Below, one piece after another: positions 13,250 to 34,511 of a stretch of 64,000 nucleotides of DNA. This DNA is from Guillardia theta CCMP2712 (Eukaryota; Protista; Cryptophyta). The notes under the pieces were generated by a model that was given only the letters and a program-made list of their open reading frames with translations, was not told the origin of the DNA and made no database searches. The translations under genes were made by a program, and so were the position numbers. The DNA lies in contig NW_005434494.1 in assembly GCF_000315625.1 (NCBI RefSeq), positions 21,613 through 85,612 of the forward strand, given 5' to 3'. Positions within the stretch are counted from its first letter, which is position 1; every line of letters starts with the position of its first letter.

Positions 13250-13700
13250 TGACTCCCCGGCCGCCGCGGTCCCGGTTTCCCTAGTACCGTTCACTAGTCC
13301 AGGAATCTCATGCGGCTCCTGGCTTGGACCGTTCGTGCGGCCAGTGACTCCGGAAGTCCGACCACTGGGCCGGAACAAAAAAGGCCGCATATGATCACTG
13401 TCGACTTTCCAAACTGAGCGCGGCGGCCCGGGCCACCGACACCGTGGCGGCGGTGTCCACAGCCCGGGCCGCCGCCAGTCACACGCCAGCGCGGCGCCTG
13501 TGTCCGACGACCGTACTGACCGTCGTCACGGTGCCACGGTGCTCTGCCAGGTGAGTCGGGAGACTGTTTTCTCTCAGGAGTCAAGTAGCCTCCCGGAGGC
13601 CCGGGCCCGGCGCCGACACCGGCCGGACCGTACGGCCCGGGCCGGGGCCCCGGGCCCCCGGGGGCAGATCATTTGCAAGCGCGCCTCAGCGCCAGGATCC
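13250..13700. other. GC-rich palindrome-saturated island 2, between divergent genes
   Basis: For example ggcccgggcccgg, ggaccgtacggccc and ccggggccccgggcccccgggg; same vocabulary as island 1. Confidence 0.7.
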
Positions 13701-13839
13701 AAGCAACATGACATGTGCGGAGTGAAAGACGGGAGGGGAAGAGAGCGAGGGACTGACCGTGGGCGACGACGAGGAAGAGAAGGAGAGGAAGAGATAGACG
13801 TCAAGCTTGACCTGTTCGCATCCCTGATCCCATCCCAGC

Positions 13840-13987
13840 ATGACGTCGAGGGTGACGCGTGTCGTCGAAACGAGATGCGACTGCACATGAACCCTACGAG
13901 CGATCCCTGAGGATGTGGAGGAGGTAAGGAGAGAAGCAGGAGAAACTGTCTTGCTCTTTCTCTTGCTCCTTGTCTTGCGCCTTATCT

Positions 13988-14054
<67 letters not shown>

Positions 14055-14843
14055 AGCTTTCCTCATCCTCAACACGATGACCTGATCTGTGGCGAATCTT
14101 TTGAGCAATAGAAGGACAAACAGTGATGAATGCATGGACAGGATACACATATGCACGTTGTGCATTTTTCTTTCAAATTTGATCGACCCCTCCTCTCTTC
14201 TCCTTTGCCTTCAACCTGCGGCGGCGTACAAGATGTCTGCTTGCGGCGGCGTAAAAGAGTTCAAATTGAGAGGTGGAGGAGAGCATGTGAAGCGGGTTAG
14301 TTTGATCAATGCTCTGAAGAGGATGTTCAAATTGATGTTGATGATGTTATCGCTTGCTGCTGCTGCTGCTGCTGCTGCTGTGTTGTTACAGCTGTTGTCA
14401 CTACAGGTCTTGTAGCTCTTGATGCTGTTGTTGTCGTCTGAATTTCTTAGTGTGTCTATTGTAGTTTTCCAGCTTTGTTGTGATGCATATCCTGTTTTTG
14501 GACGGTTTAGAGTGAGAAAGTGCAGGCCAGCAAGCCCCCATCAAACAAGACACGTACGTTGCTTCAGGTATGGTGAAGCTGTTGTGGATTGAGAATGAAA
14601 TGCTTGCAGACAAAAAACTGAATTCTTTCAAGAAAGAGAAGAAAAGAAGATCCTGGAGGAGACAGGTAGTTCATGGCTTCTTTGACATTTGTTCTTGACT
14701 CGAACAACGTGAACTCTTCGAACAACCACCGTCTTCAGCATCTTCTCAACATCCGCAAAGACAAAAGAGCGAGAGACAACAAATCGACAGACCCTGGTGC
14801 TATACTCTCTCTCGAGACACTTTCCTTCTGCCTCCCTATCCTT

Positions 14844-14875
<32 letters not shown>

Positions 14876-14876
14876 A

Positions 14877-14965
<89 letters not shown>

Positions 14966-17900
14966 ATCCTCGTCCTCGTCACTTTTGCCATCCTATTCTC
15001 TTTCTTCAATCTCATTTCCTTTCCAACAGGGTCCCAACAAGACGAGGGGTTGTCAGATTTCAAGAACTTGAACCTCCCCGCTCCCTCCCGTGCACACTCG
15101 GGCAGCAGGAGCAAGAAGACCCCGCAGTCCTCTACCCTTCCTCCCGGCCCTCCTCCTCCTCCTCCTCCTCCAACTTCCACTCACGGCATCGCCGTAACCA
15201 AGGAGATGGGGGAGAAAGGTCTTGACGAGCTGGGAGAGAATGAGTTGGCAGGGAAGGTGAATTCTGCTAGCCGTCTATGATGCCTGCGATGACAAGCGAT
15301 TGGACAGATTCCTTGGGGGTTGAAGGTGGCGAGAAACTTGTGAGAGACTGGTGCTGGTGGTGCTGGTGGTGGTGCTGGTGGTGCTGGTGCTGGTGCTGGT
15401 GCTGCTGGTGCTGGTGGTGCTGGTGCTGGTGGTGCTGGTGCTGGTGGTGCTGGTGCTGGTGCTGGTGCTGGTGCTGGTGCTGGTGCTGGTGCTGCTGGTG
15501 CTTGTGCTTGTGCTTGTGCTTGTGCTTGTGCTTGTGCTTGTGCTTGTGCTTGTGCTGCTTGCTGCTTGCTGCTGCTTGCTGCTACTGGTGATGCTGGTTA
15601 CGGTGACAACGGAGGTAGAGATCGAGGTGTAAATGTAGATCGGTGTGTGAGTGTTTGACTATGTGAAACACACCTTGCACCCTGTCTCATCCTGCCTGAA
15701 CTCTCAAATCCCAGCGCCATCGAGAAGAAGGGCCGGACGACTAAGATTCTCGTCAGTGAACCTTCGAGGGCCGGTCAGAGCATTGCTGATGTGAGGAGCA
15801 GGAGCGGATGAAGGAGAAGGAGAAGCGGGAGCAGCAGAATGACCCGCAGCACTACATGACACTAGAGATGCTCGGGGAGGGGATGCAGATGTCGCAGAAA
15901 AACACAACAGTGACCAAGGTCGACCTCTCATACGATGTGAGTGAATTTGCTCCTGTTCTCGTCCTTGCTGATTGTTTCTCTCCTTCCTCCTCCCTTCTCC
16001 CTTCTCGCATGCTCGGCATTCCCTGTTTCCTGCTCCCTTCTTCATGCTTCCTTGTGCCTAATCCCCTCCTTACTTTTCCTCCCCCCTCTTCCTTTCCTCC
16101 TTCTCGCACTCCTCCTCCTCCACCCCCTCCACCACCTCCTCCGTCCTCACCTCTCTCCCCCATCCCCTCCTCTCGCTCTCTCTTGGTTCTCTTCGTGCTT
16201 GTCCCCTCCTCTCTTCGCCTCCTCCTCGCTCCCGTCGCTTTCTCGCTTTCTGCTTTTTTCAGCCTCGAGCTGGTGGGATCTCAAGACCCTGCGGATCTTT
16301 TGCAGTCTGGGGGAATCCGCATTGGAAACAAAAAATTCGAAGGAAATGCATTGCTGCTGCTGCTGCTGCTGCTGCTCCTCCTCCTCCTCCTCCTCCTCCT
16401 CTTCCTCCTCCTCTCCCCCTCCTCGAATTATTTCTTGCCTGCTGCTGCTGCTGCTGCTTGTTCTTCTCCTCTTCCTCTTCCTCCTCTTCCTCTTCTCTCC
16501 TGATCCTGCTCCTCCCTTCGCTTCTACTCCTTCTCCTTCTCCTTCTCCTGCTCCCTTCTGCTCCTGCTCCTCCCCTCCCCATTGCCTCTGGACCATTTGC
16601 TCTTAATTTCCTGTCCATTTCGCTTCTATCCGTCGTCGCTCTCCCATTAATTTTGTGCTCCGTTCCTCCATCTCCTCCTCCTTCATCTCACTCATCAGTC
16701 TGCTCTGCCTCCTGTCGCAACAGTTTCCCCCCCCCCTTCCTCCCTCCTGACTCTGATGCAGTTGGGCGATCAAGATACGTGTGCTCAAGGGTCCTCTGTT
16801 TGTTGGCCTCCTCCTCCCGCCCTACTCTCCTATCTGTGAGATCGTTTGTCTCTTCTCGTCACTGCTACTGTCCTTTCCTCCCTTGTCTCTCCTTTACCGA
16901 CATCTCATTCTCCCCCACCTCCTCTTCTTCGTTTTCTGTTTAACCATACTCTCCTCTCCTCTCCCCTCCTCTCCTCTCCTCTCCTCTCCTCTCCTCTCCT
17001 CTCCTCTCCTCTCCTCTCCTCTCCTCTCCTCTCCTCTCCTCTCCTTGTGCCACCTTCTTGCTCGCTCTTTCCTTCTCGCTCCCTGCTCCCTCTTCCGTGC
17101 TCTTGTTCTCTCGCCGTGTCTTGCCTCGTTCTAGCTCGTCGGCACTTCCGTTCTCTCGCTTCCGATTTCTTTGTCCCTGTGCACCTTGCTGTTTCTGCTC
17201 CTTCTCCTTCTCCTGCTCGTTCTCCTGCTCGTTCTCGTTCTCGTTCTCCTCCTCCTCTCCATCTTCTCCCCGTCCCACCTCCCTCCCCTCCTCGTTTTCC
17301 TCCCAAGCTCCTCTCTCCTCACTGACGTCTCCCTCCAGTATGCGACGGCTCCGATCTCTCATCCCCTGCTTGGATGCTCAGCTCCCAGGGCCTCGTATAT
17401 CGGATCGGCTTCGCAGGCAGGGAGCTGCTCAACCCCCGCAAGAGCTTCAACATCCCTGAGCAGCGGAAGCTGCAGCTGCAGGAGGGGCACGTCGTGGTCC
17501 TGTCGCATGCTCCGCACGCCTCCAAGTTGACGGTCACGGTCCACAAGCATGGAGGTTGGCGAGCTTCCTTCACACTGCACGACGTCCCTCCTCTTGCCAG
17601 GCCCTTCGTCAACCTGCTCAACGTCGGCGACTCTTTCAAGATCCTTAAGAGCGCGAGAGCTCGAAAAGCTATCGACTCGCTGGCGAAGAAAGCAGACACG
17701 AGGCCTGTCGCTCCCAAGATGTAAGTCAACCATGAAGGATGAAAAAATGTGGGGAGAACTGTGCGAAGTGGTGTGACGAGGAGGAGTGCGATGAGGAGGA
17801 GGAGGAGGAATCGATGGTGCTGGTGCTGGTGCTGGTGCTGGTGCTGGTGCTGGTGCTGGTGCTGGTGCTGGTGCTGCTGAGGAGAGCTGACGAATGTGGC

Positions 17901-18092
17901 AGGGGTTACAAGCAGAGGCAGCAGGAGAGAGAGGAGAGGCACATGGAGAAGCTGAGAGCAGAAGAGCTGAGCAGCTATGAAGACTCTCAGCACATGGTGA
18001 CCTTTGACAAGGTACTTCATCAAGACTCGCTCTTCGAGGAGGAGGACGGTAGGCTGGACACTGCGTTAGGGATAGACGACCCGGAAGTTTGA
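13840..18092 (+). CDS. Hypothetical multi-exon protein, possible SPRY-like beta-sandwich near the C-terminus; 5' end uncertain
   Basis: Exon-like segments bounded by ag/gt: GLSDFKNLNLPAPS...ELAGK; ERMKEKEKREQQNDPQHYMTLEMLGEGMQMSQKNTTVTKVDLSYD; GLVYRIGFAGRELL...KLTVTVH...ARPFVNLLNVGDSFKIL; ...TALGIDDPEV*. Introns are filled with microsatellites. Confidence 0.55.
14845..14980. repeat. (TCGTCC)n microsatellite
   Basis: Direct reading; the same repeat recurs at about 40970-41120. Confidence 0.95.
15350..15585. repeat. Compound (TGGTGC)n/(TTGTGC)n microsatellite
   Basis: Direct reading. Confidence 0.95.
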
Positions 18093-18453
18093 TGGAGGGG
18101 GTAGAGGAAAGTAAAGATGAGAGGGTAGCGCAGGAAAGAATCTCTGTGAGAGAGGATAGTGCGTAAAAGTCTATGCATGCAGGAGGTAGAGATTGCGGGG
18201 GGCCATTGCAATGAGCAGCAGCTCGCATACTTTGCTTTACAAGTTCATTGAAAGAAATACACTTGTTTTGCTAATCAAACAACCAATCCAACATCCTCAT
18301 CCCTTTTTTTTCTTTTTCTTCGTGCATTGTTTTTTTCCGTTTCATGGAAGCAATCTTCCCTATCGATACACCTTTCCATCAAGAAAGCTCGAGCGTTCCA
18401 ATATGAATTAACTCGCAACAACCACACTGCAACCATCGACAAATCTCCTTGAT

Positions 18454-18774
18454 TTACTTCTGCACTCCAGGGTGGACGTGGTTCTCAGTGCCAGGGTACT
18501 TGGAGGCATACTGGCTGGCAACAGAGATGTCGACGTTCTTGCGCTGCCAGTAGACGTTCCTTCCAGTCTCCGGACCCTGCTGGCGGATTCCAAGATCGTA
18601 AAGCTTCCAGGTACCGAATGCAGAGACAAACGAGACCAGGGCGACAAGAGGAAGGGCATCAGGCTTGGCCCAGCGAGCAGCCCAGCTTCCCTGGGTGTTG
18701 GGAAGAGCAGCGAAGGATCTCCTGAGGGCAGGGGAAGAGCGAGCGGCGGCGGAGCGTACGGTAGCAGCGAGCAT
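18454..18774 (-). CDS. Small mitochondrial membrane protein, B12D/NDUFA4(COXFA4)-like
   Basis: Intronless 106 aa. Arg/Ser/Ala-rich, acid-free presequence (MLAATVRSAAARSSPALRRSFA) followed by RWAKPDALPLVALVSFVSAFGTWKLY, resembling the B12D W..P...PL + TM motif. Confidence 0.55.
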   Translation of the reverse strand: MLAATVRSAAARSSPALRRSFAALPNTQGSWAARWAKPDALPLVALVSFVSAFGTWKLYDLGIRQQGPETGRNVYWQRKNVDISVASQYASKYPGTENHVHPGVQK

Positions 18775-20356
18775 GGCGGAACAGAAGCGGAGTTACTGTG
18801 TGGGGGGGCGGAAGACAATTTAAAGGGGTAGGGGGTACCTAAAGTGGTAGGAGATAGGGGAGAGAATGAGGAGGAGAAGGGAGAGGTGAGTTTATATAGA
18901 GGGAGACTCGAGGGGGAGGCCGGGTAGGGGAGCGGGGCAGGGGTTAAAGAATGAGGGTACAGTGGAAGGGTGGGGGTAGTGATTGGGATAATTGCTGAGG
19001 TACAGGAAGGGGTATAGAGGATGGTAGGGTAGGTAGTGATCTGGTCGTATGTGGGGTGGGGGTATTATTATACCCTACCTTTTGATTTAGTTTTCTGGGG
19101 GAAATATGTGGTAGATTGTAAATAGTACGACAGCGCGAGGTAGGGTTGTTCTTCGTTTCTTGATGGTAGGGGTAGTAAAGGGTCGCTTTATCAAGGGTAG
19201 GGGTTCCATTTCGTTGAAGGGGGTGGTCGCATAACTGAAAGGGGGTGGATATACCCATGAAATTGTAGGTTTGTATGGTGGGTGATAAAACGAAAAAGCT
19301 AGTTTTCACATCATCCGGCCTCATCTACAGTTTAAGCCCTGTGGAGGACCCTTCAAGTTGGCGAAATGAATGAACATATTGTGAAAGGATCATGTATATT
19401 TATTTTATAATTTGAACAATAAAGTACAAATTTCAAAATTATTTCTCTATTGACAGCCATATTGCATTGGAATGTGCAACATCGTGGCTTTCGAAATCAA
19501 CGTATGACCGACACTTGCGCCCTGACGTCAACAGCATAGAAGAGTACCCGGTCCATATGCTTCAAAATCAATCAATGGGAGGGGTGGGGGTAGCGTCATC
19601 GTTGGGATTGAGGGAGAAACAGGGGTAGGGTCCACTCAGCGGCTGACAATGGAAGTAGCGTCTGGCGTGAGAAGGGCAGAGAATTCAAATAAGGAAATTT
19701 AGTTATAGAAATGTGACTGCCCTCAGTCAGTCGAGGCTCACAAGGCTACCTCAAGTGTTTCTTGTAAACTCAGTGAGAGAACGTGTTCGGACTCATTCGT
19801 CGGGCCCGGGGCGGCCCACCCGGCGCTCCCTACCCTACCCTGACAAATCATCTTTCTACCCTTGATTTGACTGAATTAGACATGAGCTGAAGGGGGTGGG
19901 CGGTGGAAGGGACCCTGATTTCCTTCTATCTCTATGGAGATTCCTTGCAAAGGAGTCGCTATGGGGCGTGCGAGGGAGGCAGCGGCGGGGGAGAGATGAA
20001 TGCAGGGAGGAAGGACAACGAGTCTTGCTGCTAGCCTCTCTTGCGTCCTCTCTATAGCTTGTTCAGATGTGCAGCAAGAGCATGTCGCCCTTGCCGACTT
20101 GTTGCGGGTTTGTTGCAGCAACGAGTCTTTAGTTACCCTGAGAAACCCCCGAGCCGCCTTCGCTCTGCGAATGCAATGGGTCTTGCAATGTGTCAAAGGA
20201 TGTAGATAGAACGAACCGAGAACAAGAAATGTGTGTTTAGTCTGCATTGTATCACACTGTGTAGTTGTCACGTATCGTGGAGGTTGCGGTACAATCGCCG
20301 TATGACCTTGTTGATAGGCATGAGCCAATCTTACCTCGGATGGGGCGGAGCGGAGA

Positions 20357-28641
<8,285 letters not shown>

Positions 28642-28733
28642 TCTTACTTCACTCCTCCTCCTTCCTCCTCCTTCTCTCAGCTGCCCCCCTCCTCCTCCCA
28701 GCTGCTGCTCCTTCCTTTCTCCTCTTCACTTCG

Positions 28734-31431
28734 CTACTTTGGCGCCTTGCCGCGCTTGTGGTAGAGCCCTTGGACGAGCGTCAGGATGTGGGTGATAGCC
28801 TGAAGGAGGGGGTGAGATAGGAGGGAGCAACATGGAACAACAACCTCTGACAGATCTGTCTCAACCTGCTGTAAACGTCTCGACCTCTCGTCCATCTTGG
28901 CGATCAGCTCTTGCTCCCACGGTTGAATCTCCTTGACCTCCGGCGGCACCACCTTCCCTTCCTTGTCCACGACCTGCGGGACGATCCCAACGGCCTTCAT
29001 TACCTTCTCCAGCTCCTTTCTCACGCTCCCCGCCTCCTTACTGCAGACTGCAATCTGCTCTTCAAGCTGCTTCCTTCTTCGAATCCGCTTCTCCTTCTTG
29101 GTCAGCATCACCTCGTAATTCATGCCCCCGTACTTATCCTCTCCTTCCAACGGCTGCTTGCTCCTGTTCCTCTTCCCGTCCTCGTCGCTCCCAAACTTCA
29201 CTCCGCTCAGCATCACCAGCTCCTCCCCGCTCTCACTATCAGTATCACTGTAGTACATCGCCCCTCCTCCTCTCTTCATCACTCCCGCCATGTCGTAGCT
29301 CTCGTCTGCGCCCGATCTGTCCAGAACTTTCTCTAGCAGGTTCGCGTATGACGACACTTTGCTCTTGATCTCTGATATCCTCCTCGACTCCGCCCTTGTG
29401 AACGCTCCGAAGTCCCATCGCTCCGGATTCTCGATCCCGCTCTCGAACTTCATCAGGTCCCTCCGGGCCCTCCTGAACCTCGTCCGCTGCCGCTCTACCA
29501 GCCATGACCGTCGGTACATCCACAAGTACTGAATCACTCGCGCTGCGCTCGTCCGCAGGGTCTGGAACAGCTTTGACAAGCGGAGCCACCCGAAGAACTC
29601 GATCTCCTTGGCGTCGAAGCGGAGCAGCAGCCGAATGGCGGCGACCAGCAGCGCAAACCACAAGATGCTGAGGAGGCGGATGGCGATGGCGATGAACCTG
29701 CCGAAGGAGGTCGAGGGAGTGATGTCTACCTCTCCTACAGGAAGGCCGAGAGCTGTATCCATGACGAACCACAAGGAGTCCCAGTAGTAGACAGCGATGA
29801 CGCTGTTGGTGCTGCTCTCCGCTATGCGGAAGACGTAGGAGCCAACTAAGATGAGGGCGAGGAAGAACTGGAAAGATGCAAGGAATGGGTTCTTGAGGAT
29901 GAGAAAGCGTATTGCCAGCCAGCTTCCCATGAGATCATCGTTGATCCTCACACCATACTGCCTGCTCTCGAACTTGGCGAAGAGGTCTGACCTATACCAC
30001 TTCCACACTTGATATGTGCGACACGTCATGACGATTGCGATGATGCCGTCGAACGAGTACATGCTGGGCCGAGTAGAAAAGTAAGAGGTTTGCACGATCA
30101 CGTCAAATTGAAGGAAGGGAATCTGTACGATAGCCAAGGAGACTGCCTCAACAAGGAAAGGGAGAAGGAGCCCGCTCTCAATCATCGAGTATCTTCTAAG
30201 CTTCTTGTCTCTGAACTCAACATGGTTGCGAAGTGCTCGGATCGCGTTCTCGTACTCCAAGGTGACGAACAGGTTCCATATCATCAGCAAGGTAAGGGCA
30301 ACATTCATGACCTTGAGCTTGGTGAGCGCACTAAGGTTGTTGGTGATGGGCAAACACGACAGCTGCATCTTCGAGTCTTGCTCGGAGTATTGGTAGGAGC
30401 AGTAAGAGTTCTCAACGCAGGTAGCAGGATCCGAGAAAGGGTTTCTGCAGTCTTCTGACCAACTCGGCACGTACCCTCGGAACTGAAACTCGTAGACGAT
30501 GAGGGCAACGCAGACTGTTAGCCCGACGCAGACTGACTGGATCAACTGGACCTTGTTCTGCAGCTTCTCGAGCACCCGCCATGTCATCCCTCGCTCGCTG
30601 GCAGAGGAGGAAGGGAGGAACCGGAGGCGGAGGATGACGAGGTACGCGTCAAAGTACTCCTCCAACTTGGCGAGCAGAGCACCGAGGGGAACAAGCACGT
30701 ACCACGTGAAGACTTGTTCGACAGGGCCCGGGCCGTAGATCGTTCGCAGTCGTTTCTGGTACTCCCTCCTCGCTTGCAGTCGACTCCTCCACTGCTCGAG
30801 CGTTTCCTTCACCCTTGCATACATCAGCCCCGCTAACGTTGTTGGGATACCCTCCCCTTCATCTCCGCCCTCCTCCTTCACGCTAGAGCGGACGCTCCCG
30901 GATCGAGACGGCAAGAATCTGCGCAGGAGGGAAGGAAGATGAGAGGGCTCCTCCTCTTCCTCCCCCCCAACTCTCTTCTCATCGTCTCCTACATCCCAAT
31001 GCCATCGACGTTCAACGGGCTGGAAGGGAAACAATCATTCAGTTGCCAGCTCAAAGAAACAACAATCATCCAGAAACTCGAAGGGGTTGAAGAACAACAA
31101 TCATCACGACAAGGGTTTGAGAAACAACAATCATCACGACAACTTGAAGGGGTTGAGAAGTGAAGCAAGGTAAAAAAGTGAGTTAAAGAAACAACAAGCA
31201 TCATGGTAGCGTCACATGCTTCACCTGTTTTAAATTGATCCATTCTGCCACTCCTAGCCCACGTCCGACCTGTTCAGTACTGTAGGTAGTTCTGCTACTC
31301 CTCACCACGAAGTCTTTCCTGTGCTGTTGTAGGAACCAACGGTCATCAGCCTTCAGGAGCGCAGTCATCCCTCAACAAACCTCGTCATGTTCAGCCCTCT
31401 GCTTCCTCTTCCTCCACTGATCGCTAGACAT
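28734..31431 (-). CDS. SK/KCa-like 6TM cation channel subunit with calmodulin-binding-like segment and non-canonical pore filter
   Basis: Large exon 28734-31020 plus small upstream exons (MSSDQWRKRKQRAEHDE...). S5 ...LILVGSYVFRIAE, pore YWDSLWFVMDTALGLPVGEVDITPSTSFGR, S6 FIAIAIRLLSILWFALLVAAI, then LRFDAKE...LRTSAARVIQYLW as in the SK CaM-binding region; C-terminal coiled coil. Confidence 0.8.
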
Positions 31432-31574
31432 GCTGGAAACAGCCTTGATGGCAGGCGATCAGATCGTTCCAACCGTCATGATGCCGCCGCCTGCGCCTTC
31501 AGCCCCGGGCTCCCGCCATGATTCCATCACAACTGGGCGAACGGCAGCCAACTCTCGTAGCTCCATCACTTCAG

Positions 31575-32830
31575 TTCGCCCGGCCGCGCGCCCGGCCCGA
31601 CTCGACCGTTCCGCCGCTGTAAAAGTCACTCATCAGTCGGCCGGGACCGCCGGCCGGGCCAGGCTCACCGGCCGGGCGTCCCGGAGTTCCGAAGCCAGTT
31701 CCGAGTCACTTCAAGTTGACAGTCGGACTCAGGACGCCGGTTCACGGTCGGAGTCCGGGCTGTCACAGTCAGTCGGAACCGTCTCGGCGGAATTCCCGGA
31801 AGCGGCCTAAGTCGGAATCATTGATCGGACTGCCAATGCAGCGGCAGGCTGGCCCGTGGTTATTGATCCGAGTGGCAGTGGCACGCCCGGACTCTCGGGC
31901 CCGGGGACCCGGCGTCACCGGGGGGGACTACTGTTCAACGGTTGTGACGGCGGTGGCACCGCCGGGGTACTCACCCGGTGACCGGGCCGGGTATCGGATC
32001 CCGCGGCCGGTGGCGGCGAACTCGGAAACGTGAAACGAACACTGCCGCGGCCGCCCGCCCGAATCCGAGCCTCCGACCGAGTCAGATCATCGGATGCGAT
32101 CGGACAGTGTGGCCCGGGGCAAGTGAAAGTTGCAGCGCGGAGGCTCGTCGGAGCCTGCCGCTGAGCGCCGCGGTACCGTACCGTAAGTACCGTCACAGTC
32201 ACCTACTAGGTGAGGCGTGCCGCACGGTGTCAGTAGTACCGTACCGTACTGTAGTACCAACGTTGTCGGAACACTATAATCGTGACTGAGCGGCCCCTGA
32301 GTCAGTGCGGCCGCCGGCGGCGGGCCGCGCCGGCGGCGCCTGGGCCGGGCGCGGCGGCCCGCCGGCACTCAGTGGCCCTGAGGACTGGCGAGTCACAAAG
32401 TTTATGGGGCCGCAACTTAGTTACTCAGTCAAGCAATCACTGCCTCGGAGTCCGACTTGAAGCGCGCGGCGGGCCGGGCAGCGCGCCCGACGGTGACCTC
32501 AGTGACCGTCGACTCTGGCGTCGGCGGTCATTGCCAATCATGCCAGGGCCCGGGCGGGGCCCGGGCGCCCCCGGCGCCCCCCGCCGAGTCGGGCCCGTAT
32601 ACACGGACCGTAGTAGGCTACGGGACACGGTACGGTATCCGAGCCTGAGTGAACCCACCCGGTGACCCGGTCCGATCACGACCGTACCGGGCCTCAGGGC
32701 CTGGCAGCGGCGGCCCGGCCCGGCAGTCACGGTCACTCACCGGGCCCAGCGGCGGGCGTTGCTAGTAGCCAAGTGGCTACGGTTGTTTTACTGCTCCACG
32801 TCACAGTCACGGGCGCCGCACACGGACTGA
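31575..32830. other. GC-rich palindrome-saturated island 3, between the divergent channel and RWP-RK genes
   Basis: For example cgcggtaccgtaccgtaagtaccg, gtagtaccgtaccgtactgtagtacc, cccggggcccggg-type words and tgactgagc..ctgagtca. Confidence 0.75.
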
Positions 32831-33364
32831 AAAGTTTTTGTACCCGTGATCGACTTCTGTCAGGATAAAAATATCTTTTTATGGGAGTTCTAGATTCGAA
32901 ATCGCTTCTCTTCCCTTCCTTGTCTCCTACGTCGTTTTCTACCGCACCCCTCCGGACTTCCGGTGAGGACCTGAAAAGAGATCCTTTCGCTCTCTTGTTC
33001 CTAGAAAAACACCTTTTCGTCCTTACAACTCGTGAAAAGCATATCTGGATACCCACCCCACCCCCACACTTCCCCAGATCTCCTTCAGGTCCAGAACGGG
33101 GTGGCATCCAGATAATGATGCGGACACCACCCCCAAAACTCCTATCTATAATTAATGGGGAATATGGGGGGTGACAGGTGGTCCCGACACCTCCTTCCCG
33201 CGTCTTGTTCCGGGGGCCTCTCTTGATAAGGTTCTGACCTCAACTAGTTCCCTGTCCCATCCTTCCTCTCCTCCTACCCTCCCTTCCCTCTCCTTCTTCC
33301 AACCCCCCCCCCTCTCCTCCTGGCATCACAGCTCGCAGTCAAATCTTTGTGTGACCTGCTCACG

Positions 33365-33974
33365 ATGAGCGGAGACGTAGAAGCAACGCCTGCGCGAACA
33401 GTGGTACACATCTTGCCCCGAACAAAGCGGAACGATATCACTCCACCTCAAGAGGACAGAAGACTCGTTTCTGTCACCATTGAAATGCTACAAAAGCTCC
33501 TCAACCTCAAGCAGTCAGACGCCGCCAAGGAGCTGGTGAGGAGCCTACCGCACGCTGTTTGTGGAGCCTCGCCTTTGTGATTGCTGACTGCCATGACAGG
33601 GGATCTCACTGACGGCCCTGAAGTCTGTGTGCAAGAGCCTCGGCGTGACCAAGTGGCCCTACCGCAGGACAGTGTATCGCCGAGTCAGAACGGAGAGGAA
33701 GAAACCATCCGAGGGGACAAGGGCTGATGAAGATGGGCACCAGCAGCAAGAGGGCAGCGAGACGGGGAACAGCGCGGACGAGGAAGGAGGGGGTGAAGCT
33801 CAACAGGAAGTGGATGCTGGAGAGAAACAAAGTAGATCATGCGGTGGGCCTAGCAGCTGCTGGTATATACCAATCACCGGGCTGTCAGAGGGAAGAAGGG
33901 CGAGGCGGTTGGACGACGAGACGAGTAACATTATGGATGAAGCCCTGCACCATCTGGAATGCTGGTTTGGTTAG
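33365..33974 (+). CDS. RWP-RK-like protein copy 3 (intron 33536-33599); closest to the canonical motif (KWPYRR)
   Basis: ...VTIEMLQKLLNLKQSDAAKEL|gtgagg..gacag|GISLTALKSVCKSLGVTKWPYRR...NIMDEALHHLECWFG*. Confidence 0.9.
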
Positions 33975-34511
33975 ATGGTCCATCTTTTTCAAGTTAGACT
34001 ACAAACAAGTTGACCGATCACTAAGTTCTAGATCAATCTCAGTGTTTTCGTAGCTTCCATGGAAAAACGGCAAGATTAAGATAGAGGGAAGATGTGCACT
34101 AAAGAATTCATGAATTTCGTTGATGCAGCAGATGATACTCTGATCTTTCCCCTTTCCTCGCGATGTCTGTCTTCAGGCTCGATATGATATCTTGTTCATA
34201 CCCACGCATGCTTCAATCAGCGACTCCTTCCCCGGGAGGCTTGAACTCGCCATTGCCAGTGCGTACCATGGTCGTCACTGAATTCCAACTGCAGTCGATT
34301 CATATCGTTCAACGACGGACCGCAAGAGGAAGATAAAGATGAGAACATGCTCTACGTGGTGATATGATCATTCAGAATCGAGCCTACTCAGGTCCGGTGC
34401 CGAGCAGGAACAATCATTTGAATCGCATCCAAGAAATGTCAAACTTCGACGGCAGTCCTGGGAGAGAACTTATTAGGGACAGTTACTACCAAGTAACTTA
34501 CTCAAATTTAA

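Noticed and set aside
14673-17360. Many ORFs of poly-S, PR, LV, WC and EERRG type (also at 24076-24508, 26423-27188, 38313-38680, 40852-42198)
   Set aside because: Translations of intronic or intergenic microsatellites that lack stop codons.
31430-32868. Arg/Pro/Gly/Ala-rich ORFs in the GC islands (also 3033-3718, 13294-13910, 44099-45362)
   Set aside because: Expected from very high GC; they overlap in all frames with no domain signal or splice pattern.
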